Assembly: GCA_034676125.1 (NCBI GenBank)
Contig: JAUCCO010000001.1
Span: 9,788 to 73,787, forward strand
DNA from: Bacteroidia bacterium
GTDB lineage: Bacteria > Bacteroidota > Bacteroidia > UKL13-3
Direction of reading: 5' to 3'
DNA: 64,000 bases
Shown here: one piece after another, positions 30,677 through 40,700 of the stretch
How positions within the stretch are numbered: the stretch's first letter is position 1
How the letters are laid out: the number at the start of each line of letters is the position of its first letter
The notes under the pieces: model-generated
Database searches by the model: none
The model's input: only the letters and a program-made list of their open reading frames with translations
Told to the model about the DNA's origin: nothing
Translations under genes and position numbers: made by a program

Positions 30677-31367
30677 GCTAAAATATATTTTAGGCTTATA
30701 CTTAATCGTGTTTGGACTAAGTGCAGTAAATGCACAATCCAAGCGCGATAGTAGCAATGCCGAAATACAGCAACAAGCGTTAGAAATGCGCCAAAAGCTG
30801 AATAAATACATGGCCGATAAACTGCTAGAAGAACAAGTAATTGCAAACCCAGGTATGCAACTGTTTTTCGATTCGATTAGTACATCAATAAGTAAACAAC
30901 AATTAGAAATTGATGAATTAAAAAAGCAGTTTGCAACTCTCGAAAAAGCCATAAAGGATGGAACGCTAACCGTAGGTAAAAATGCCAGAAAAAGCAGCGC
31001 AAATTTATTAGATACCTTAATTAATGATGTAGCTCGTGGTGCAACCTTTCACCGTATTGGTACTAAACAATTAAATCTTTATTTCCCATTTGACAACTCG
31101 AAAATAACCCCAGAACAGAAAGTAGAATTACGAAAGTTTTTAGGTTCGCGTAAAAGTAAGTTGGTAAAAGTAGTTGGATATACAGATTGGATAGGTACAG
31201 AAAAATATAATGAAGCTTTAGCAGCTGATAGGTGTTTAACAATTACAAGGGTTGTAAATGGGTTTAAAATACATCACCGTGTTTCTACCAACATAAACTG
31301 TAACAACGATACTTACAATCCCGATAAGGCTAAATGGTGTCGCAGGGTTGAGATTATTTTACAGTAA
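30666..31367 (+). CDS. OmpA-family protein (coiled-coil N-region plus OmpA/MotB peptidoglycan-binding C-domain)
   Basis: Signal peptide MLSKLKYILGLYLIVFGLSAVNAQ. C-terminal LYFPFDNSKIT...VKVVGYTDWIGTEKYNEALAADRCLTI is an OmpA_C-like motif set. The ORF track starts at 30654. Confidence 0.7.
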   Translation: MLSKLKYILGLYLIVFGLSAVNAQSKRDSSNAEIQQQALEMRQKLNKYMADKLLEEQVIANPGMQLFFDSISTSISKQQLEIDELKKQFATLEKAIKDGTLTVGKNARKSSANLLDTLINDVARGATFHRIGTKQLNLYFPFDNSKITPEQKVELRKFLGSRKSKLVKVVGYTDWIGTEKYNEALAADRCLTITRVVNGFKIHHRVSTNINCNNDTYNPDKAKWCRRVEIILQ

Positions 31368-31391
31368 AATATTAGTCTGAATAATCATTTT

Positions 31392-31429
31392 AAAACTACG
31401 CTTAGTATAAACCTATAGCGTGGTTTTTT
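31392..31429 (+). terminator. Rho-independent terminator between convergent genes
   Basis: aaaactacgct ... agcgtggtttt stem with one mismatch and a 14-nt loop, followed by TTTTTT. Confidence 0.55.
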
Positions 31430-31432
31430 GTG

Positions 31433-34400
31433 CTAATTTGTATCTCTAATCAAAGTAACCGTTCCGTGTTCATTTCTTTCCATTCCACTTTTCTTTTTTA
31501 GGGTGATAATGTAATAATACACACCAGGAGGTATCTCTTCCCCTGCACCATTTTTACCATCCCAACACCAGTTTCCATCTGTGTTTTCGTATACCACAGT
31601 TCCCCAACGGTTGTATATTATAATATGATACTCATCGCACTTTTGGGTGATGCCAGTAATTTGGTAACAATCATTTATACCATCATTATTTGGTGTAAAC
31701 ACATTGGGAATGATAATTTGTGTGGAGCTATCACCATCAATAAAATAAGTGTTTTGCGCGGTATCTGCACAAAAAGTTCCTGGGCTAATTATTAAACTAA
31801 CCGTATATGTTCCCGTTAATGCATACTGGTGTTTAGGACTATATTCTAAACTACTGTCCTTATCCCCAAAATACCAAATATGTGGTACGCCTACATTGTT
31901 GCTTAGATTATTAAATATTACATCAAGCGAACAGCTATCTCGTTGCATCACAAAGCTTGCTTTGGCCGATAGGTTAACTTCAACAGTTTTTTCGATACTA
32001 TCAAGCACCTTGCACGACATGCTATCAATTACCACAAGCTTTATTTTATAGGTTCCCGCCAATTTTAGCGTGTCGCTAAATCCAATGTTTGATGTGCTAA
32101 GAAGTAAATTATTAAAGTACCAATAAAACTGTTTTCCATTTACACTTGTATTGGCAGCAGCAAAGTATGCAGGTGCACAAATTGCACTATCGGTTATGGT
32201 AAAATTAGCCTCAAGTAAATTACTATTTCCATTGTAGGTTATTGTATTAATTGCGGTATCTGCACAAGGTGTATTTGCATTGGTAATTAAAGTTATTAGA
32301 TAGGTGCTATCAATGCTGTAAACATGCGTTGGATTGGCTATATTACTGGTATTTCCATCACCAAACTGCCATAAATAAGTTGTTGGTGTTTGGCTACTAC
32401 TGCTCGATAAATTTTTGAACAAAACCAAATTTGAACAACTGTCTCGCTTAACTTCAAAAGCAGCCTTTGCACCAGGATACGAAGTAAATGATTTAACTAA
32501 CGTATCGTAAAGGTTACAAGTAAATGGATTATACACCACTAATTCAACATCAAAACTTGTGGCTTGAATAATGGTGTCTATATAATTTTGGTTAATGCTA
32601 TCCTTAATAACCTGATTAATTATCCAATAACTTTTAGCTGCATTAATGCTGTTATTATTTGCAGTAATAATGGTTGGTTCACAAATGGGTTCAGGTGTTA
32701 AATCAAACCTTGCTAACAACACGCGGTTATTAACATCAACCCTAACTTGTTTGGCAAGCACATGTTCGCACGGAAAACCTTTGTTAATGGTAAGCACCAC
32801 ATTGTACCAACCCGTATCAGCATATTTATGTATTGGATTAAATTGAGTTGATGTTGTTCCATCGCCAAAATTCCATAAAAAGTAAGCCGTATCACCCACT
32901 GTCATATTGGTATTGTTGGTAAAGTTTACCTTTAACGAACAACTGTCTAACAAGGCGGTAAACTCAGGAAACTTTTCACTTAATACACTAAAGGTTCTTT
33001 CAAACGAATCAACTAATATGCAAGTAGTGCTATCATGTACCACTAATTTTATCTTATAAATTCCTTGATAAACAATGGTATCAATACCGCTTGCACTTTG
33101 CGAAACCAGCGTGTTATTTACATACCAATAATGCTTTAATCCATTCTCACTCTCATTACGAGCTTCAATAATTATTGGAGCGCATCGTAGCGTATCGTTA
33201 GGAGAAAAATAAGCCCGTAAATTTCTACCATCGCGGCTATAATCTAAAGCGAAAACAGCCGTATCAGCGCAAAAACTGCCTGGGTCGGTTATTAATCTTA
33301 TTTGATATACTGCATTGGTGTTATAAAAATGAACTGGATTTTTTAGCGTACTGGTATCCCCATCACCAAAAAACCAAATAAACGGAACAGGTTGCCCATT
33401 GCCTGATGTGCTTTGGTTATACATAAATACTGCTGGTCCGCAACTATCTTGTACAACTGCAATTTTTGCTTGCGATGAGTTTTGAACGGTGAATGTTTTA
33501 ACCATCGAATCGACCATGTTACAGGCTAGGGGATTAAATACTTTTAGTTTTACGGTGTAACTACCAAGTGTTGTAAACGAGTCGGTGTAATTGATAGCAG
33601 TATCAACCAAAACATCATTTATGTACCAATAATTTTTAGTGGAATTGTATGAGTTGTTTACAAACAGCATCCGCTTATTTCCGCAACCATTTCTGGGTTC
33701 AATTTTAAAATCGGCTGTTAATACGCTGCCTTGCCTAAAATCAAACTTAAAAGTAGCATTGCTGCATCTTGGGCTTTTATTAGTTGGCGAATAGCTATTT
33801 GGTGTAGTTGGGAATGTGCCTGACGGACCCGCATTACAACTTGCACATACAGATTGGTACATAATTCCTCTTTTATCAAACCTACTTGTGCCGCCATCCA
33901 CGTGATCAGCGCCCCAAGGCTCACCAAAAAAAGTAGCATAATTTAAACTATCAGCATTGGCACTCAGTACAAATAAATAAAAATCGCTTCCATCAGTATT
34001 GGATAAATAGGCATTAGGGGTAACCGGTAAATTATTGGTAGTACTATTAAATCCTGCTGGGTTTAATGCCCGATAACGCGATTGGGAATTTACAATTCCA
34101 CCCCAAACAGAACCATAAATTCTGCCGCATACATCCACCATAAAAGCACTTGGCGACAAAGCATTGTATAAGCCACCACCACCAATTTGAGTAGAAAATA
34201 TAATACTAGATAAATTTGGCGAAAACTTGCTGATAAAAATATTTCCTTTACTAACGCTGTATGTTCCCGGTGTTACTAAAACACTGTCGTAGGTTTGGCC
34301 CATTACCACTATGTTTTCGCTTTGGTCTAGTTTTACAAAATGTGCTTGGTCGTAACTGCTGCTGCCCCAATAGCGCATGCCTAAGTTAGTAGTTAATGCA

Positions 34401-36013
34401 CTACTAAGCTTAACCACAAACCCATCGCTAATGCCACCACGATAATTGGCCATTGTGTAACCACTTGTTGGGCTAAGGTTTTGGCTTTGTGTACCACCTG
34501 CAACTACAATATCGCCATTGCTAAACACATCAATAGAATATAATGCATCGTGTTTGTTGCCGCCCAAATAAGTACAGTTTTTAATTGAAGTTAATGCCGC
34601 ATTTAGTCTATATACTACTCCATCTTGCCCATTGCCTTTTATGGGTTGAAATGCACCAACTGACACAGGCAGATTTGTAGAGCTGGTTGACGAAACCAAT
34701 ACCACATCTCCATTAGGTGCAAGCTGTATTTCGCCCCTAAACTCATCAGAGTAATTCATCCTAAGGGTATCGGCAATATTAACGCCATCTATACCATTTC
34801 CGCCTAAAAAAGTACTGCCTACTAAAGCACTTCCATTTGCGGTAAAACGTGTTACCGTTATATCAAACGTATCTGATTTTACACGAACAGCACCATTTGC
34901 ACTAACTGGAAAATTAGCAGATAATGTTACTCCTAAAACCAATAGCTGTTCGTTGGCATCGGCAATTAAACTTATTGGATATTCGTTTTTATCACCGCCC
35001 AAATAAGTGGCATACATTAAAGCAGTGCCATCATTATTGTATTTGCTAATGGCAATATCGCACGGAAAACCATACTGGGGCCAACTGCCTAAACCGCCAC
35101 CCCAAGTAGTTTGAAAAGCACCAGCATTTGTTGGGTATCGCCCATTAGGAAAATCGGTAGCATTACGTGCAATACCAGCGGTGTATAAATTTCCATTGTT
35201 ATCATACGTTGCGGTATGGCCAAAATTATCAACGCTGCTTCCGCTATAGGTACTAAAAATAAGCTCAGGGTCAATAATCAAGGTGTAATTTGGGTTGTAA
35301 TCACCCAACTCAAAACTTACGGTATTTTTGTTTAACACAAAATTGCAAACCACCTCTTGTTTATTGCCATTAATAAGTTGATAGGCATAAGGCTTGGTTT
35401 CGGTAAAAGTATTTACACTGGTTTTTATAACTAGGTTACCGTTTTTTAATTTAAGCTTTTCGGCACCGCTATATTGCATTTTTATTTGTTGGGTTGATGC
35501 CTTTGCCGATACCATAAAATCATACTTTAACCCTCCACTTGTTGATGGATAAACATGAGCAGAAACACCAGGGTACAATTGGGTGTAAATTATTTTATTA
35601 TAAGTTGGTACTTCACCTTTCCAAAGTGTTGCATCATTGCCATTAAAAAAATTGTAATAATGTGTTAGTTTGTCTTCGCCACTAATGGTATTAGCTGTAG
35701 CATTTAAAAAATTAACCCGAATGGCGTGCCTATTAATTATTTTAGATTTAAAAAGGTGTGGGTTTGATGTGTGGTTAAAATATTCGGCAACATCTTGTTC
35801 GTTTTCAAAAAAATATTGAAAGGCGGTAGGCTCCATAAAAACCTGTGCACCTTTTAAATTAATTAAATATTTTGATGGGTTAAGCCATTGTCCTTTGTTT
35901 GCAATAAACCCTGTATTTGCGGGCGGTGCATCACCTTGGTGTGCTTGCACATTGGCTTGTGGCAGCATAAACCAACACAATAAAATACTATACAATAACC
36001 GCTTTTTTAACAC
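31433..36013 (-). CDS. Large secreted beta-propeller plus PKD-repeat protein with T9SS type-B C-terminal domain
   Basis: Signal peptide MLKKRLLYSILLCWFMLPQANVQA. Four repeats of a two-domain ~240-aa unit carrying FGDG(T/D)TS..NP.H.Y (PKD-like). C-terminus NVFTPNNDGINDCYQI...YNRWGTVVYE...TVTLIR is the TIGR04131-like gliding-motility CTD. Confidence 0.85.
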   Translation of the reverse strand: MLKKRLLYSILLCWFMLPQANVQAHQGDAPPANTGFIANKGQWLNPSKYLINLKGAQVFMEPTAFQYFFENEQDVAEYFNHTSNPHLFKSKIINRHAIRVNFLNATANTISGEDKLTHYYNFFNGNDATLWKGEVPTYNKIIYTQLYPGVSAHVYPSTSGGLKYDFMVSAKASTQQIKMQYSGAEKLKLKNGNLVIKTSVNTFTETKPYAYQLINGNKQEVVCNFVLNKNTVSFELGDYNPNYTLIIDPELIFSTYSGSSVDNFGHTATYDNNGNLYTAGIARNATDFPNGRYPTNAGAFQTTWGGGLGSWPQYGFPCDIAISKYNNDGTALMYATYLGGDKNEYPISLIADANEQLLVLGVTLSANFPVSANGAVRVKSDTFDITVTRFTANGSALVGSTFLGGNGIDGVNIADTLRMNYSDEFRGEIQLAPNGDVVLVSSTSSTNLPVSVGAFQPIKGNGQDGVVYRLNAALTSIKNCTYLGGNKHDALYSIDVFSNGDIVVAGGTQSQNLSPTSGYTMANYRGGISDGFVVKLSSALTTNLGMRYWGSSSYDQAHFVKLDQSENIVVMGQTYDSVLVTPGTYSVSKGNIFISKFSPNLSSIIFSTQIGGGGLYNALSPSAFMVDVCGRIYGSVWGGIVNSQSRYRALNPAGFNSTTNNLPVTPNAYLSNTDGSDFYLFVLSANADSLNYATFFGEPWGADHVDGGTSRFDKRGIMYQSVCASCNAGPSGTFPTTPNSYSPTNKSPRCSNATFKFDFRQGSVLTADFKIEPRNGCGNKRMLFVNNSYNSTKNYWYINDVLVDTAINYTDSFTTLGSYTVKLKVFNPLACNMVDSMVKTFTVQNSSQAKIAVVQDSCGPAVFMYNQSTSGNGQPVPFIWFFGDGDTSTLKNPVHFYNTNAVYQIRLITDPGSFCADTAVFALDYSRDGRNLRAYFSPNDTLRCAPIIIEARNESENGLKHYWYVNNTLVSQSASGIDTIVYQGIYKIKLVVHDSTTCILVDSFERTFSVLSEKFPEFTALLDSCSLKVNFTNNTNMTVGDTAYFLWNFGDGTTSTQFNPIHKYADTGWYNVVLTINKGFPCEHVLAKQVRVDVNNRVLLARFDLTPEPICEPTIITANNNSINAAKSYWIINQVIKDSINQNYIDTIIQATSFDVELVVYNPFTCNLYDTLVKSFTSYPGAKAAFEVKRDSCSNLVLFKNLSSSSSQTPTTYLWQFGDGNTSNIANPTHVYSIDSTYLITLITNANTPCADTAINTITYNGNSNLLEANFTITDSAICAPAYFAAANTSVNGKQFYWYFNNLLLSTSNIGFSDTLKLAGTYKIKLVVIDSMSCKVLDSIEKTVEVNLSAKASFVMQRDSCSLDVIFNNLSNNVGVPHIWYFGDKDSSLEYSPKHQYALTGTYTVSLIISPGTFCADTAQNTYFIDGDSSTQIIIPNVFTPNNDGINDCYQITGITQKCDEYHIIIYNRWGTVVYENTDGNWCWDGKNGAGEEIPPGVYYYIITLKKKSGMERNEHGTVTLIRDTN

Positions 36014-36100
36014 GTAACTATAAAACTAATGGTGTGCTAAGTTAGATAAATATTGCTGTAATTGCGTTGCATAAAGAAAGTTTTAACATTTGTGGGGGCA

Positions 36101-36116
36101 ATTGCAACCTTGCAAT
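36101..36116. promoter_or_regulatory. Operator-like inverted repeat ATTGCAA-cc-TTGCAAT in the divergent promoter region upstream of the ECF sigma gene
   Basis: 7-bp perfect inverted arms about 35 nt upstream of the GTG start at 36151. A related gtaattgcgttgcat motif lies about 40 nt further upstream. Confidence 0.35.
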
Positions 36117-36150
36117 GCATATATTCATCTAAAATTTAACCAGTAAAAAC

Positions 36151-36702
36151 GTGAGCAAACAAAACGAGCATGAACTTATACAGGAGTGTTTGAAAGGCAA
36201 TAGGTTAGCACAAAAATCGCTATACGACACCTATTCAAAAACTATGTATGGAGTGTGCTTGAGGTACAGTAGCAATGCCGATGAGGCTAAAGATATATTG
36301 CAAGATGGGTTTGTGAAGGTTTTTACTAAAATGGGGCAGTTTAGTTTTGCTGGTTCGTTTGAAGGTTGGATGAAACGCATTTTTGTAAATACCGCATTAG
36401 AGTTTTATAGGGTAAACAAAGTGCACATGTATCACAGTGATGTTGATGCAGCTTTTAGCCAACCCCACCACGATTTTACAGTAGAACGCATGAGCCAAAA
36501 AGAAATTTTATTGGCCATAAACAACTTAGCTCCTGGTTATCGCACTGTTCTTAATATGTTTATTATTGAAGGTTATAGCCACGCAGAAATTGCCGAATTA
36601 TTGGGAATTAGTGAAGGTACTTCAAAATCGCAGTTAAGCAGGGCAAGGGTGCAGCTTCAAGAAGCACTATTAAAAACGAAAAACAATAGTAATGAAAGAT
36701 AA
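36151..36702 (+). CDS. ECF-subfamily RNA polymerase sigma-70 factor
   Basis: Region 2 (LYDTYSKTMYGVCLRY...DILQDGFVKVF) and region 4 HTH (YRTVLNMFIIEGYSHAEIAELLGISEGTSKSQLSRAR). GTG start with an in-frame stop just upstream. Confidence 0.85.
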   Translation: MSKQNEHELIQECLKGNRLAQKSLYDTYSKTMYGVCLRYSSNADEAKDILQDGFVKVFTKMGQFSFAGSFEGWMKRIFVNTALEFYRVNKVHMYHSDVDAAFSQPHHDFTVERMSQKEILLAINNLAPGYRTVLNMFIIEGYSHAEIAELLGISEGTSKSQLSRARVQLQEALLKTKNNSNER

Positions 36703-37588
36703 AATAAATTTAGATGAACTGTTAAAGCATGAAATGGGCAACCTTTCTGCGCCTCCCCCGGCCAATGCTTGGCAGTTTATCAGCAACCAACTGCCAATTG
36801 TTCCAGCTGCGCCTATTGCGGCTTCGGTTAAAACAATTGCAGGTATTAGCAGTAAAGTTATTATTGCCACCACTATTGGTGTAGTTGCAATATCAGCTGC
36901 TGCATGGGTGATAATTAATAAAGATAATAAACCCACAAAAATCAATAACACGCTGGTTCAGCAACAAAAAGATATTGCAACTGATAATAACATCACATCA
37001 ACACAAATTGAACCGATAAATAAAACGGTTGAGCAAGAAAATCCAGTAAATAAAGAAGTGATTAAAACTGTTAAAAAACCAACAGCAAAATCAATCCAAA
37101 CAAAAAACTTGGGTAAAAAGCCTGCTACTAATTTTAGCAATACCGAGAAAATAGTTGAGGCCAATAATACACCTGAAGTTATTCAGCAAATTGTAGTTGA
37201 TAACCATAAAGAAATAGTAACACCATCGCAACCGCAAAATACAAATCAACCCAAAGCAGAAAATACAGAAATAAACCCATTAAATAATGTAGTTGATGAA
37301 GCGTTTTTAAAACCCAATATTCCAAATGTTTTTACACCAAATGCGGATGGTTATAATGATGAATTTGTAATTACAATTGAAGGAGAAACGCTGTTTGATT
37401 TAAAAATTACCGATGCAAATGGCTATGTAGTATTTGAAAGTAAAGATAAAAATAAACATTGGAATGGAACCAATCAAAAAACGGGTAAAAGCTGCGACCA
37501 GGGCTTATATATACTTGTTTTTAGATATCAAATAGCAGGGATGAAAGAGCCTAAAATTGAGCAAGGTTTTGTATTACTAAAACAATAA
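36692..37588 (+). CDS. Anti-sigma-like single-pass membrane protein whose only periplasmic module is a T9SS type-B C-terminal domain
   Basis: Overlaps the sigma gene by 11 nt. A 55-aa N-terminal cytoplasmic segment is followed by one TM helix (VIIATTIGVVAISAAAWVII), then a ~130-aa N/K/T/Q/P-rich linker. C-terminus IPNVFTPNADGYNDEFVI...YVVFESKDKNKHWNGT...GLYILVF matches the type-B CTD of neighbouring cargo. Confidence 0.6.
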   Translation: MKDKINLDELLKHEMGNLSAPPPANAWQFISNQLPIVPAAPIAASVKTIAGISSKVIIATTIGVVAISAAAWVIINKDNKPTKINNTLVQQQKDIATDNNITSTQIEPINKTVEQENPVNKEVIKTVKKPTAKSIQTKNLGKKPATNFSNTEKIVEANNTPEVIQQIVVDNHKEIVTPSQPQNTNQPKAENTEINPLNNVVDEAFLKPNIPNVFTPNADGYNDEFVITIEGETLFDLKITDANGYVVFESKDKNKHWNGTNQKTGKSCDQGLYILVFRYQIAGMKEPKIEQGFVLLKQ

Positions 37589-37703
37589 TTTGACAATTTA
37601 AATTTTAAAATATATGTTAGCACATTATTATCAATTAAAAATTATGCCCAACTTACCAACAGATGTTGGCCGGCTGCGGCTCAAAAACAAACAATCAAGT
37701 ACA

Positions 37704-40700
37704 ATGAAAAAACAAGTACTAAAGTTTTATTTATTACTTCTAATTTCGCTTTTGGGTGTTAATTATGCCCAAGCACAATCATTGGCACTTACGCTATCGT
37801 CTCCAACGGTATGTTTAGGTGATCAGATTACAATGGATGCTGCGCTTTCGGGTTTGCCCTCTGGTGTTACAGCTAGTAGTTGTGGTTTTGATTTTGACAA
37901 TGATGGCGTTATTGAAAACACTGTTCCAGGTGGTGGACCCAATTATAATACGCAGTATTTATATATGGTACCAGGAGCAAAAACAATTAAGGTTACTGTT
38001 ACTTTAAGTAATGGTGGTAAGGTAGAAAACACCATACCTATTATTGTTTATCGATTACCTTTACCATATGCATCAGTGGTTGGCCCAGACATACAATGTT
38101 TTAGGGGAAACTTGGTTACGTTAACCAATAATTCAACCAAAACAGATAACCGTATATATAAACTTGAAATTATATGGGGTGATGGTAGGGTAGATGTAAC
38201 ACCTTTCCCATTTCTTGGTCAACAGGTATCTCATTCATATAACACAAATGGTAAATTTGATATTACTCTTAGGGTTACAGATAGTTTAGGTTGTAAAAAA
38301 GACACCACCTATTCGGGCATGTTAACCATTAAACAAAACATTTCTCCTACATTTGTAGTTTTGGGTAATCGTGGTTGTGTTTGCAGTCCTTTTACATTAA
38401 AAAATCACCATACTGTGCCATTTAGTAATTTAAACAGTTACACTTGGGATTTTGGCGATGGCACTTCAATGACTCGTGCTAAACCCTGGAATTTGCCTCT
38501 AGATTCTTTAGATTATGATACCATCACTCACCTTTATTGTAAAAATGGTACGTTTTATCCCGCATTAACAATTGAAGACAACACGGGTTGTATCGATAGT
38601 TTTCGCCTTACACCCACTTACCCTGGTAAAAAACCAGAAAATATTGTAATCGACCAAGACGCATCGTCACATTTAGATGGTTTTGATATGGTACAACGTG
38701 ATTCTGTTTGTTTCGGTTATGAAGGATTTAGTACTTTGGTTTTTCGCCAAACTCCTAATCCAATGATTGATCCAGGTAATGGCGAGTTGCTTTGGAATTT
38801 TGATGATCCACCTTCGCAACAAAAAAACTTTAACAACTCTCAGTGGCAGCCTACACATACGTTTGCAAAAGGCTTAGGTTTGTATAATGTCACATTAACT
38901 TTATGGCCATTACAACCAAACCCTACCTGTAAAAAAATTGACACGGTAACCATTGAAGTGATAGGTCCACAAGCGAGGATTGAAGATCCAATAAATCAAA
39001 TTTTACTTAATCCACTAGAGCAAAACCAGTGCCTTCCATTGGCATCAGGTAAATATAACGTGGTTAATTTTGTAAATACCAATTTGTGGTACAAGTCCGA
39101 TCACGTATTTACACGTTGGGATTTTGGCGATGATGTTGCTCCACAATGTACTTCATTCTTGGTTCCAAAAGCGGGTTATCCACCTTTAGGTGGCTGGGCT
39201 ACTGCACAAGATCAATATGCTTATAGCGATGGTTTTTGGAGACAAGGTAATAAAGTATTTGAAGGAAGACGTTTAGATTGCCGTTATTCTGCTGATACAC
39301 TTCCTATCCATCAGTATACAAGCTGGGATGTAATATACAACTGGTACCTTAAAGGCCACGACTTTATGCCTTGGGATTTTAATGCCTATTCGCTTAATCC
39401 TGCAGATACACTAGCAACTGCAAATCCGAAGAAAATCCTAGTAACACCGGAAGATTCTGTGTTTTGGGGCAAACCAGTTTATTTAAATCCGCAAGATGGT
39501 ACTTGGAGTTTAACGCAACAATCTGGTCCAGCACCTTATGGGCTATGGCCTCGAATTGATACCATTAAGTCTGTAGATGAGAATGGGCAGCCCAACCCAC
39601 AAGACTTAAAACCATATAATAGATTTACTTTACAAAATGGTGCACCAGATCCTGTTCAAGGCTTTTGGGGTAATACCAAACGTGGTGGTTATGGCTTTTT
39701 CCCTAAAGGATTTGTTGTAGACCCACTTATTGATTCGATGGAGGCTAAGTATACAGATTTTGCTGGAAACCGAATAATACACAATTATGATGCAATGGCT
39801 GATCGCACAAGAACCTTGTACCGCTACTTATTTGATAAGGCAGTACAAAAGTGTTATAATGTTGAACAGTTTGAGAAAGATTCGTTTAATAATGTTGGTG
39901 CTAAAACATATTTAGTGCTAAACGATACTTTAGACTTAGATACCTTAGATTGTAAAGACGATGATAAAGTACTAATAAAACTAATGCGCCCAGATGCTAG
40001 TGGATTAGGCGTAAAAGGTAAAGAATGTCCTGGAAGTTATTATAACCCCGACCAAGCTGGTATACAGTTCCTGTTAGGCTCTGTTGATGATATGTTAGGC
40101 CAATATCCTGGAGTTAGCCCTGATTGTGGTGCAGCATGGATAAGGGTAAACCTAGATTCGTTTGCAGATAGGAGAGATCAAAGACCTTGTGAATTAGATG
40201 GGTTTGTTAACTATACTGGAGCACCAGGACCTGCTCCCGAGGCTGGTGGTGTATTTTCTACCACTCCGGGTGGTTTAACCTATCCTCCATTCTCGCTTCA
40301 GGCAGATTATAACCAATATTTTATGCCACCTAACAGGTGGAACGCAGCAGGTGGAACAAGTTTCTGGTATCACTATGGCACAAATACAATTCCTCTAGAA
40401 ACCTCTCCTGTTAGTGGGGTAACATTTTTTCCACCGGCTAACCCAACTGGCGATATTACCATTGGTTTAGTTATTGGTACTGGTGACCCGAATAACCCTT
40501 GTATCTCGGATACGGTTTGGTATCATAATTTGCTAAATATTACCGATTTAGATGGTCGTTTTTATGTAGACCCTACTTACCACCCTATAACAAACATACC
40601 TACCAATGGTGCTTGCAAATATTATTGCAAAAGCGATATTGTAAATTTTGTTTACCTAGATAGTACACAAGAGTATATACATAGCAGTACCATTGATTGG

